Part shown: in pieces, positions 1-8,886 of the stretch
Layout: every line of letters starts with the position of its first letter
Position numbering within the stretch: position 1 is the stretch's first letter
Origin: an uncultured Acidobacteriota bacterium
GTDB lineage: Bacteria > Acidobacteriota > Thermoanaerobaculia > UBA5066
Length of the DNA: 64,000 nucleotides
Direction of reading: 5' to 3'
Assembly: GCA_963779415.1 (NCBI GenBank)
Contig: CAVZYA010000001.1
Location: 992,001-1,056,000 of the forward strand
The notes under the pieces: generated by a model
Told to the model about the DNA's origin: nothing
What the model saw: only the letters and a program-made list of their open reading frames with translations
Database searches by the model: none
Made by a program: the position numbers and the translations under genes

Positions 1-243
1 TCCGCAGCCCCCTTCGAGCGTCGCCACGCAATCCTCGAGGGCCGCGACCGTGGGGTTTCCGAGGCGCGTGTACTTGTAGCCGGGATCCTCTCCGAGGAAC
101 CGGGCCGCGCCTTCGTCGGCATTGCGGAACGCGAAGGTCGACGTCTGGTAGATCGGCGTCGAGACGGCTCCGGTGGCCGGGTCGCGGTGCTGTCCTGCGT
201 GAATGAGCCGGGTAGCCATCTTCATCGGCCGGTCGTCCTTCAT
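1..243 (-). CDS. Methionine gamma-lyase / Cys-Met metabolism PLP enzyme, N-terminal part (runs off window)
   Basis: Manual translation [18 protein letters not shown]...[13 protein letters not shown]...[13 protein letters not shown], typical family motifs; ATGA overlap with upstream gene. Confidence 0.85.
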   Translation of the reverse strand, partial: MKDDRPMKMATRLIHAGQHRDPATGAVSTPIYQTSTFAFRNADEGAARFLGEDPGYKYTRLGNPTVAALEDCVATLEGGCG

Positions 244-1775
244 GTCGCTTCTTTCCCGACGCCCGGGACGGAGGTCCGCCTCGCCCACTCGCCCGTCGCG
301 TCGTTCAACTCGTATTCGTCCGCGTGCTCATGGCCGCGCCGGGCCACGTAGTCGACCGCCTCGAGAAGCGCCTGGAACTCCTCCTCGCTGACGGTGGGGG
401 CGAGGCTGATCCGGACCCAGCCCGGCTTCTCGCCGATGTGCCCCTCGTCCAGACGGTGACGAATGGCCTTCGACCGCTCTTCGTCTATGTGAAGGAGAAG
501 GTGTCCGTAGGGTCCCGCGCACATGCAGCCCGCGCGGACCTGAACGCCGAAGAGATCGTTCAGGAGCCGGGCGGCGAGATTGTGATGGAGATCGCGGAAG
601 ATCACCGAGAGCACCCCGAGCCGGTGCGTCGTGAGGTTCCCGAGGATGACGAGATCGTGGCGCTCGCGCCACTCCCGGAGCGCCCGCCCGAGGTAGTCCT
701 GCTCGATCCGCCCGATCCGGTCGGCGCCCATCGCCGCTTTCAGGTCGAAGGCGAGGCCGGCCTGGATCGACTGGACGATCGGCGGCGTCCCTCCCGTCTC
801 CCGGAGCGCGATGGACGAGAGATATCGGTGGTCCCACGGCGACGTGTAGAGAACGGTCCCGCCCCCCGGCTCCGCCGGAACGCGGTTCGTGAAGAGGCGC
901 CGGTTCGCGACAAGGAGTCCCGGCGTCCGTGGCCCTCCAAGGAACTTGTGGACGGAAAAGAAGACGGCGTCGAGGCCGCCGTCGGGGTCCGCCGCGGGGT
1001 GCATGTCGACGTCGACGTAGGGACCCGCGGCCGCGAAGTCGAAGAACGCCCACGCGCCGTGACGGTGAAGAACGCGGGCGAGGAGGTGAACGTCGTTCAG
1101 GATGCCGGTGACGTTCGAGGCCGCGCTGAAAGTCCCGATCTTCCAGGGTCGGGCGACGAATGCGGAGAGCTTCCGGTCCAGATCCTCGGCGCTGATCCGC
1201 CCGTCCGCGTCGAAATCGACGTAGACCGACTCTCCGATCGTCTCCCTCCAGGCGATGTCGTTCGAGTGGTGCTCCATCAGCGACCGGAAGACGACCGGGC
1301 GGTCCGCTTCGGGAATCTGCCGGAGGAGGTGATGCCTCTCCTCGAGCTGGTCCGGAATCCGGAGGCCGAGGACGAGGATCAGCCGGTTGATGGCTCCCGT
1401 GGAACCGGAGCCGACGGGGATCAGAACGTCCTCGCCCGACGCCTCGACATAGGCGCCGATCCTGGAGAACGCCTTCTCGTAGCACTCCGTCATGTAACGG
1501 CCGCAGGTGCTGCTTTCGGTGTGTGTGTTGGCCATGAACGGGAGAACCCGCTCGGCCAGCTCCTCCTCGACGTCGCGGTGAAATCGTCCGGAGGCGATGT
1601 AGTCGAAATAGCGGAGCTTCTTCGGACCGAAGGGCCCGGGGATCGACGTGTCGGCGCCGAGGACGCGGCTTCGAAGGCGCCCGAGAAAGGCGGCTTCTTC
1701 CGCCGGCGACGCGGTCGCGAACGGCTCCCGGGGCGTTGAGGAGGTCACGTCGACGAGTCGGTGGAAATCGATCAT
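240..1775 (-). CDS. Class V aminotransferase / cysteine desulfurase-like PLP enzyme
   Basis: [26 protein letters not shown] (PLP lysine), ETGGTP, RAGCMCA motifs; exact start uncertain. Confidence 0.85.
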   Translation of the reverse strand: MIDFHRLVDVTSSTPREPFATASPAEEAAFLGRLRSRVLGADTSIPGPFGPKKLRYFDYIASGRFHRDVEEELAERVLPFMANTHTESSTCGRYMTECYEKAFSRIGAYVEASGEDVLIPVGSGSTGAINRLILVLGLRIPDQLEERHHLLRQIPEADRPVVFRSLMEHHSNDIAWRETIGESVYVDFDADGRISAEDLDRKLSAFVARPWKIGTFSAASNVTGILNDVHLLARVLHRHGAWAFFDFAAAGPYVDVDMHPAADPDGGLDAVFFSVHKFLGGPRTPGLLVANRRLFTNRVPAEPGGGTVLYTSPWDHRYLSSIALRETGGTPPIVQSIQAGLAFDLKAAMGADRIGRIEQDYLGRALREWRERHDLVILGNLTTHRLGVLSVIFRDLHHNLAARLLNDLFGVQVRAGCMCAGPYGHLLLHIDEERSKAIRHRLDEGHIGEKPGWVRISLAPTVSEEEFQALLEAVDYVARRGHEHADEYELNDATGEWARRTSVPGVGKEAT

Positions 1776-1832
1776 CGGAACAGTTCGCCACGAAGGACGC
1801 CGGGAAGGCGTGTCCTCAAGCGGCCGCGAGTC

Positions 1833-2321
1833 TCATCTCCCCGAGGCGTTCCCGTTTCCGGGGGCGCGCTTGATCATGTGGATCTCGGTCCCGCCCTTCT
1901 CGAAACGGACTTCGTCCATGAGCTGGTTGATCAGGAAGATCCCCCGTCCATGGGTCGAGAAGAGGTTCGTTCCCTGGACAGGGCTCGGAAGCTCCTTCGG
2001 GTCGAATCCCCGGCCCGGGTCGCGGACGACGATCAGCATCCCCCGCTCCCGGTCGCAGGCCACGCAGCATTCGATCTGCTTCGAAGGGTCGCTCCCGCCC
2101 CCGTGCTTGATGGCGTTTGCCAGCGCCTCCCGGAGGGCCAGCTCGATGTCGAACTCCTGCCCGGCCGCGCAGCCCAGATCCCGAGCGACCCTCATGACCT
2201 CTTCCACGACGGGCGAGATGAGGTTGACGTCGGCCGGGAGCCGGTGGAGAACCCGGACGACCAGCTGGTCGCTGTCGAATTCCTGGGTCGGCGGTGGATT
2301 GCAGGACACGGGCGGGCGCAT
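1833..2321 (-). CDS. Anti-sigma factor / serine kinase RsbW-like (HATPase_c_2)
   Basis: LALREALANAIKHG, VRDPGRGFDP, HGRGIFLINQLMDEV; shown fused to deoB in the ORF track, probably via a 1-nt error. Confidence 0.8.
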   Translation of the reverse strand: MRPPVSCNPPPTQEFDSDQLVVRVLHRLPADVNLISPVVEEVMRVARDLGCAAGQEFDIELALREALANAIKHGGGSDPSKQIECCVACDRERGMLIVVRDPGRGFDPKELPSPVQGTNLFSTHGRGIFLINQLMDEVRFEKGGTEIHMIKRAPGNGNASGR

Positions 2322-2340
2322 TGTAGTGGAGGACCCGGCA

Positions 2341-3527
2341 TCACGACAGAGGCTCCAGCGCGCACCGGCCAGCTCGCGGAGAAAGCTGGATCCGCCGGGC
2401 GAGGGGACGCCGAGGTGCTCGGCCACCGTGGCCCCGACGTCCGCGAAGCTCGAACGCGTCCCGACGTCGGATCCGGCCGCGACGTCCCGGCCGGCCGCCA
2501 CGACGGGGACGTATTCGCGGGTGTGGTCCGTCGAGATGTCGGACGGGTCTCCTCCGTGGTCGGCCGTGATGAGGAGAAGATCCCTCTCGCGCATCGTTCC
2601 GAGGAGCGCCGGGACGAAGGAGTCGAATTCCTCGAGGGCGCGGGCGTAGCCATGCGGGTCGTTCCGGTGGCCGTACTTCGTGTCGAAGTCGACGAGATTC
2701 GTGAAGACGAAGTCGTCGCCGCCGTCGCGGAGGGAGGCGACGGTCTTCTCGAGCCCGTCCCGGTTCGACTCCGTGTGGACGGCGCTCGAGAGCCCCCGTC
2801 CGACGAAGAGGTCCTCGATCTTCCCGATGCCGTGGACCGCGAGGCCTCGCCCGCGACAGGAGTCGAGGACCGTGGGGCCGGTCGGCGGAACGGAATAGTC
2901 GCGTCGGCGGTGCGTCCGCGTGAAGCTCCCCGGCGCGCCGACGAACGGCCGCGCGATGACGCGCCCGACGCGGTGAGGCGGGACGAGGAGCTCCCGGGCG
3001 ATCTCGCACCAGCGGTAAAGCGTCGCGACCGGAATGATCTCCTCGTGCGCGGCGATCTGGAAGACCGAGTCCCCCGAGGTGTAGACGATGGGCCGGCCGG
3101 AGCGGAGGTGCTCCTCTCCGTACTCCCGGATCACCTCCGTGCCGGAGGCGGGCCGGTTGTGGAGGACCTTCTTCCCGACCGCCTTCTCGAACGGCTCGAT
3201 GACCTCGGGCGGAAAGCCGTCGGGATAGAGCGGAAATGCCGTGTCGAGAGTCAGCCCCATCAGCTCCCAGTGACCCGTCGTCGAGTCCTTCCCCGGCGAG
3301 GCCTCGGCGCAGCGTCCGAAGGCCCCCGTCGGAGCCGGAAGGCCGGCGGGAGCGTCGGCATAGAGCGTGTGCAGGAGGCCGAGGCGCGAAAGGTGCGGCA
3401 GCGAAGGCCGCCCGTCGCGCAGGACGTGCTGGAGGGTACGCGTCCCTTCGTCCCCGTAAGGGCCGGCGTCGGGCGTGGCGCCCACGCCCAGCCCGTCACA
3501 GACGATCACGACGGCCCGAGGCTTCAT
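2341..3527 (-). CDS. deoB: Phosphopentomutase
   Basis: IVCDGLGVG, GKDSTTGHWE, YTSGDSVFQIAAHE, TNLVDFDTKYGHRND, TADHG, STDHTREY; natural stop probably TGA at 2341 after a 1-nt indel near 2360. Confidence 0.9.
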
Positions 3528-3535
3528 CCGCCGGT

Positions 3536-4246
3536 CTAGAGGCCTTGTGAGCGCTGCTGTGCTTCGGCGCGCATCGGAGAGTCGGGATAGTCCGACAGGA
3601 CGCGCTGGTAGTAGCTCTTCGCCTCGGAGGGCTTCCCGTTCTTCTCGGAGAGTCGGCCGAGCTCCACGAGGAGAACGTCCTTCGGCACCGGGGCATCGCC
3701 GGAGTCGAGTGCCTTCTTCGCCACCTCCAGCGCGTCGCTGGCGCGCCCGGTCGCGGCCTCGGCGTCGAGCATCGAGACGAAAGCGACGCCGGCGGAGAGG
3801 CCCCCCGATTCACCCTTCGCGAGACCTTTCGCCGCGTCGAGAGCGCCGCCGGTGACCCCTTTCGGCCCGTCGAGCCCCATGACCAGGAGCGCCGCGGCCC
3901 TTCCGGCGAGAGACGTCGGTGCGTCTGCCGCGAGCTTCTTGAGCTCGTCCTTCGCGGCCGCGTTCCTCTCGGCCGCGTCCTTGAAGACGCGCTGGCCGGC
4001 CGGGGCCGTCCCTTCCGAGGCGAGCGGGGCGTCGAGGAGGGCGATGGCCGCGGAGAGGCGGGTCCCGCGCCGGCTCTGCCGCCAGGCGATCCCGCCCCAG
4101 AACGCGCCGGCCACGACGAGCACCGCGACGACGAGGGCCGTCGTACGGACGCTCTGACTCTGGTGCGAGGTCAGGTAGTCGCGGGCGGAGAGGAGCACCT
4201 CGCGGAGGTCGTTCTTCTGCAGATCGTGTCGATGTTTCTTGTCCAT
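3536..4246 (-). CDS. Membrane-anchored TPR protein (YfgM-like)
   Basis: N-terminal RHDLQKN motif, one TM helix, C-terminal TPR (EAKSYYQRVLSDYPDSP). Confidence 0.7.
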   Translation of the reverse strand: MDKKHRHDLQKNDLREVLLSARDYLTSHQSQSVRTTALVVAVLVVAGAFWGGIAWRQSRRGTRLSAAIALLDAPLASEGTAPAGQRVFKDAAERNAAAKDELKKLAADAPTSLAGRAAALLVMGLDGPKGVTGGALDAAKGLAKGESGGLSAGVAFVSMLDAEAATGRASDALEVAKKALDSGDAPVPKDVLLVELGRLSEKNGKPSEAKSYYQRVLSDYPDSPMRAEAQQRSQGL

Positions 4247-4270
4247 GAGTGGGTACCGGCGATCCCGCCC

Positions 4271-4411
4271 TCAGCAGAACACGGCGGACGCCGTGTCCGG
4301 GTCGTCGAGCAGGAAGCCTTCGGTCTCCTTTTCGGGGTCGTCGTCGATGGCCGCGCCCTCGAGGCGCGAGAAGGAGAGAACGTCCGGAAGGACGACGAGG
4401 CCGCCGCCCAC
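4271..4411 (-). CDS. Putative 46-aa acidic small protein
   Basis: GTG...TGA, GC3-biased codons, purine-rich upstream stretch; MGGGLVVLPDVLSFSRLEGAAIDDDPEKETEGFLLDDPDTASAVFC. Confidence 0.5.
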   Translation of the reverse strand: MGGGLVVLPDVLSFSRLEGAAIDDDPEKETEGFLLDDPDTASAVFC

Positions 4412-4440
4412 CTCGCGGCTCTTCCTCGAACGTGCTCCGG

Positions 4441-5277
4441 TTACTTCCGCCGGGCGGCCTTCTTCTTCGGCGCCGCCTTCTTGGCGGCTTTCCTCGTCTT
4501 CTTCTTCGGCGCCGCCTTCTTCGCGACCTTCTTCGTCTTCTTCTTCGGCGCCGCTTTCTTCTTCTTCGGAGCGGCCTTCCAGGTCGCCTTCTTGACGGCC
4601 TTCTTCACGGCCTTCTTCGCCGTCTCCGCCTTCGCGGCGACGACCTTGGCGGCCTTCTCGACGGCCTTCCGGGCGTCCTTGGCGGCCTCGCTCATCGTGG
4701 CCTGCACGGCTTGAGCGGCCTTCTCGACGGCCTCCACGACGGGGGCGGTCGGGGCCGGCGCCGCAGGCTTCGGCTCGGGAGCGGGGGGCTGGGAGCCACC
4801 GGGCGGGTTGGAGCTTTGCATGGCTTTCAGAACCTCCTCTGCGTGGTGTTCGGTATCGACGTTGTGGAAGACGTGCAGGACGTGACCGTCCTTTCCGACG
4901 AGAAACGACATTCGAAGCGGCCCGACGCCCCACTTACTCTCGCCCCACGCGCCGTACGCCTCGTGGATCGCGTGATCCACGTCCGACAGGAGCTCGAATG
5001 GAAGGGCGAATTTCGCGGCGAACGCCTCGTGCGTCGCGACGGAGTCCCGAGAGATGCCGAGGACTTCCACGTCGAGCGAGGAGAGCGCCCTCCATCCGTC
5101 GCGCAGGCTGCAGGCCTCGCGCGTGCAGCCCGGCGTGTCGTCCTTCGGATAGAAGTAGACGAGGACGTTCTTGACGCCACGATAGCCGGCGAGCGAGACG
5201 ATCCGCCCCGATCGCCCGGCGAGCGCGAAATCCGGCGCGGCGCTGCCGACCGCCGGTGACGTCCTCTTTTCGACCAT
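4441..5277 (-). CDS. bcp: Peroxiredoxin BCP/PrxQ with C-terminal Lys/Ala/Pro-rich histone-H1-like tail
   Basis: YFYPKDDTPGCTREAC motif; tail KKAVKKAVKK...KKAAPKKK repeats. Confidence 0.85.
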   Translation of the reverse strand: MVEKRTSPAVGSAAPDFALAGRSGRIVSLAGYRGVKNVLVYFYPKDDTPGCTREACSLRDGWRALSSLDVEVLGISRDSVATHEAFAAKFALPFELLSDVDHAIHEAYGAWGESKWGVGPLRMSFLVGKDGHVLHVFHNVDTEHHAEEVLKAMQSSNPPGGSQPPAPEPKPAAPAPTAPVVEAVEKAAQAVQATMSEAAKDARKAVEKAAKVVAAKAETAKKAVKKAVKKATWKAAPKKKKAAPKKKTKKVAKKAAPKKKTRKAAKKAAPKKKAARRK

Positions 5278-5354
5278 CGTTCGGGATGCTCCCGGGCGCG
5301 AAGAATAGCAGCATTGCACGACGATGGGACGCGTGTGGAGATAATCTCGGGGGG

Positions 5355-6146
5355 ATGGGACGAGCCGCCGTTCTCGCCGCCGGCGCCCTCGAAACGGGGG
5401 GCGGAGGAGGTCTCGCAGCCGACCTCCTCACCCTCGATTCCCTGGGCCTCGCCGGCACCCCGGTCGTTACCGCCATCACCGTGCAGGAGGGGGCTTCCCT
5501 CTCGGTCGTCCACGACCTCCCTCTTGCGGCCGTCCGGGAGCAGCTCCGGGGAGCCCGCGAATCCTATCCACCCCGTGCGGTCAAGGTCGGCCTCCTCACG
5601 ACGGTTCCGGTCGTCCGGCTCCTCGCGGAAGAAATCTGGAGCCTCAGGGTGCCGGCGGTGGTCGATCCGGAGATGACGGATGGCGTGGCGCCCCGGCTTC
5701 TCCGCCGCACCACTCTCGAAGCCCTCGTCCGCGAACTCCTTCCGGTCACGACCCTCGTTACGCCGAACCTTGCGGAAGCGGTCCTGATAGCCGGCTTCCC
5801 CATTCACGGGGAGTCCGATGCCAAGCGGGCCGCCCGGGCCATCCAGCAGCTCGGTCCGCAGGCGGTTCTGATCAAGGGAGGGGCGGCCGGGGGAGAGATC
5901 GTCGTGGACGGACTTCTCGACGGACGCACCTGGACGACATTCCGCCGTCCCCGGCTCGGGACGCGCCACCACCACGGCGTCGGTGCGACGCTCTCGTCGG
6001 CGCTTGCTGCCTATCTTGCTTTGGGAGAAACACTTCCGGATGCCGTAGGAAAGGCCCTCGACTACACCCACCGCGCTCTCGCCGCCGCTCCCGGCCTGGC
6101 CGCGGGCCGGGGACCGCTCGGACACCGGGAGGCGGCGCCTTCCTAA
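5355..6146 (+). CDS. thiD: Hydroxymethylpyrimidine/phosphomethylpyrimidine kinase family (ThiD-like, divergent)
   Basis: VKVGLL, VVDP, TLVTPNLAEA, VLIKGG; anion-hole motif reads HGVGATLSS. Confidence 0.7.
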   Translation: MGRAAVLAAGALETGGGGGLAADLLTLDSLGLAGTPVVTAITVQEGASLSVVHDLPLAAVREQLRGARESYPPRAVKVGLLTTVPVVRLLAEEIWSLRVPAVVDPEMTDGVAPRLLRRTTLEALVRELLPVTTLVTPNLAEAVLIAGFPIHGESDAKRAARAIQQLGPQAVLIKGGAAGGEIVVDGLLDGRTWTTFRRPRLGTRHHHGVGATLSSALAAYLALGETLPDAVGKALDYTHRALAAAPGLAAGRGPLGHREAAPS

Positions 6147-7110
6147 CGGGGGACGAGACGGTAACGGTCGCGGAGCCGTCCCGCGATCCGCTCCACCCGC
6201 CCTTTGTCCTCGAGGTACATCAGGAAGCCCAGGACCTCGGAGTAGGCGAGGAAGACGTTCACGGCGGTGACCTTCGGGAAGAGGGCCACGACCAGATCGC
6301 GCACCGTCTTCGGGCCCGGGGCGAGGAAGCGCTCGATATGGTGGATCCGGAGGGCGTACTTCCGCTTCATCCTCTCGTGGTGCTTCGGGTAGTCGGGGAT
6401 GGGGCGCCCGTGCCCGGTCAGGAGGCAGGAGCCCGCGCTCGAGGCCTCGATCGCGTCGAGCGTCTCGAAGTAACGGGAAACGCTCCGGAACGGGGCGCCC
6501 GGATGCTCCGGGTCCTCGTCGACGATGGCGTTCGGCGTGATGTCCCGAAGGACCGTGTCGCCGGTGAAGAGGATGCCGGCCTCGGGGACCTCGAAGGTGA
6601 GGCTTCCGGGCGTGTGTCCCGGGGTCGAGCGGACGACGACCGACCAGCCGTCGCCCAAAAGAGTCTCCCCCCGTCCAGCTCCTCCCACGCCGAGAGAGGC
6701 GAGGCGAAATGATCCACGTGGCTGACGGAGAGCATCATCGCGAAGCGGGGGAGGATGCCGAAATCGGCTCGCGCGAGGTTGTCGAGGAGAAGCTTCGAAT
6801 TCCGGCGCATCCGGAACTGCTGACGATCGAGCCTTCCGCCCCAGAGCGCCGCGCCCGAGCGATCGGCCACCCTCCGCGCGAGGCCGAAGTGATCCTGATG
6901 GCCGTGCGTCAGGAGGACGCGGCGGATCCCGGCGACCTTCGGTCCCGCGGCCGAGAGGCCGGCGGTGAGGACGTCCCAGGCGTCCTCCGTGAGGGGTCCC
7001 GTGTCGATCAGGGTGACGGGATCGCGGAGGACGAGATAGACGTTCACCGGCCCCACCGGAAAAGGGGTGGGGAGGGTGATCGTCCGGATGAAGTCAGGGC
7101 CTACGCCCAC
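6143..7110 (-). CDS. MBL-fold metallo-hydrolase (one frameshift in a G-run near 6670)
   Basis: THGHQDH in the upstream frame; TPGHTPG, FTGD and GHG in the downstream frame; one added G joins them. Confidence 0.85.
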
Positions 7111-8885
7111 AGATCGTAGGGATAGCCTCCCGCCTCGTAGACGCGCTCGCTGATGGAGGTCGTCAGGCGATCGCGATTCCGCTCGAGCGCCTTCAGGTTT
7201 CCGACCATCCGGTGGAGCGCCTCGTGGCAGAACCAGCGCGCGATCTCGACCTCCCCCGCCGCCTTTTCCTCCCCCTTCTTCGAGATCGAGGAGGTGACGC
7301 GCGAAAGGACCGCGATCTGCGCGAAGAGATCGATCACGACGTCGGCGAGCCGCTCGTGCTGGTACTCCCGGTCGACGACCTTCTTCCCGTGCCGGCGGAG
7401 GATGGTTTCGGCCGCGTTCGCGAAGACGCCCGCGTACTTCCCGACCTGGTCGCCCTCGGGAGCGAGGGACGGGTGGACCTTCGTCAGCTTGTCGCGGGTG
7501 ATGACCCCCTTCATCCTCTTCTTGCCGTACTCCGCCAGGATGCCGCGCTCCTTGAGCGGGCTCTTCAGGGCGTGCGCGACCTCCTTGAGGCTGTCCCCGA
7601 GCTCCTTGAACCCGGAAAGGGCGATCAGCATCCGGAGGATCTCGTTCGTCCCCTCGAAGATCATGTTGATCCGGCTGTCACGAAGGGCGCGCCCGTACGG
7701 ATACTCGTTCATGAAGCCGTTGCCGCCGGCGATCTGGAGCGCGTCGTTGATGTTCTGCCAGAGCACCTCGGTGCCGAAGACCTTGCAGCAGGCCCCCTCC
7801 AGCGAGTAGTCGATCCCCCCCCGGTCGATGAGCCCTGCCGTGAGGTAGCTCATCGCCTCGAGCGCGTAGGTCTTCGCCGTCATCCGGGCGATCTTGTGGC
7901 GGATCATCTCGAACTCGGCGATGGGGGTCTTGAACTGGCGGCGCTGCCTGGCGTGCTCGATCGCGAGATTGATCATCATCTTCGAGCCGCCGGCGGCGCC
8001 GGCGCCGAGCGACGTCCGCCCCGTGTTGAGCGTCTCGAGGGCGACCTTCAGGCCACGTCCCTTGCCGCCGATGATGTTGAAGGCGGGGACGCGGCAGTTC
8101 TCCAGGATGATCTGACAGGTCGAGGAGGCGCAGAGCCCCAGCTTCTTCTCCTCGGGGCCGCGCGAGAGGCCGGGCAGGGTGCCGTCGGGGTTCGTCACGA
8201 CGGCGAAGCAGACGATCTCCTTGTGCGGGTCCTTTCCTTCGGCGCTCCCCGGGATCCGGGCGAGGACGGTGAGGAAGCTCGCGAAGCCGCCGTTCGAGAT
8301 CCACTGCTTCGTCCCGTTCAGGACGTACTCGTCGGTCTTCTCGTCGTAAACGGCGGTCGTCTTGAGGGAGCCGGCGTCCGAGCCCGCCTCGGGCTCGGTG
8401 AGGCAGAAGGCGCCGATCAGCTTTCCCGTCGCGAGGTCCGGCAGCCATTTCTTCTTCTGCTCGTCCGTCCCGAACAGGAGGAGCGGCTTGATGCCGATCG
8501 ACTGGTGCGCGCCGACGACGATGGAGGCGGAAGCATCGAGGACGCCGATCACCTCCATCATCCGGCAGTAGGCGGCTGAGGAGAAGTCGCTTCCGCCGTA
8601 CTCCTCCGGGATCGTCATGCCGAGGACGCCCAGCTCTCCCATCGCCTTGACGGCCTCACGGGGGAAGAAGTGGTCCCGATCGATCTTGTCCGAGTCGATG
8701 TGCGCGGCGTCGAAGTCCTTGTAGGCCTCGCTGAAGGCCGCCACGGTCTCCTTGACGTCCGGAGGGATCTCGGGGAAGGGAAAGACCAATTCTTCCTGGA
8801 AATCGCCCTGGAAAAGCGACTTCAGGAACGAAGGGGCCTCGGTGGCGGCGGGCGCTTCGGCGACGGAGGGCTTGGCGCTGTCCAT
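7101..8885 (-). CDS. Long-chain acyl-CoA dehydrogenase (ACAD9/VLCAD-like)
   Basis: AHQSIG, FCLTEPEAGSD, NGTKQWISNG, RINMIFEGTNEILR; GGAG upstream of ATG. Confidence 0.92.
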   Translation of the reverse strand: MDSAKPSVAEAPAATEAPSFLKSLFQGDFQEELVFPFPEIPPDVKETVAAFSEAYKDFDAAHIDSDKIDRDHFFPREAVKAMGELGVLGMTIPEEYGGSDFSSAAYCRMMEVIGVLDASASIVVGAHQSIGIKPLLLFGTDEQKKKWLPDLATGKLIGAFCLTEPEAGSDAGSLKTTAVYDEKTDEYVLNGTKQWISNGGFASFLTVLARIPGSAEGKDPHKEIVCFAVVTNPDGTLPGLSRGPEEKKLGLCASSTCQIILENCRVPAFNIIGGKGRGLKVALETLNTGRTSLGAGAAGGSKMMINLAIEHARQRRQFKTPIAEFEMIRHKIARMTAKTYALEAMSYLTAGLIDRGGIDYSLEGACCKVFGTEVLWQNINDALQIAGGNGFMNEYPYGRALRDSRINMIFEGTNEILRMLIALSGFKELGDSLKEVAHALKSPLKERGILAEYGKKRMKGVITRDKLTKVHPSLAPEGDQVGKYAGVFANAAETILRRHGKKVVDREYQHERLADVVIDLFAQIAVLSRVTSSISKKGEEKAAGEVEIARWFCHEALHRMVGNLKALERNRDRLTTSISERVYEAGGYPYDLWA

Positions 8886-8886
8886 C

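Noticed and set aside
1833-3527. Apparent phosphopentomutase-RsbW fusion (564 aa)
   Set aside because: One added G near 2360 gives a natural end (GAALEPLS, TGA at 2341), and the RsbW part has its own start. Given the indel rate here it is probably an artefact; raw reads would settle it.
4445-4700. Tandem-like DNA repeats (CTTCTTC...GCC) as a CRISPR array or VNTR
   Set aside because: Explained by Lys/Ala codons of the BCP tail; no repeat-spacer structure.
6589-6602. Further GAAGGTGA partial matches to the dispersed motif
   Set aside because: Explained by common codons (CTC ACC TTC GAG), so not counted as motif copies.
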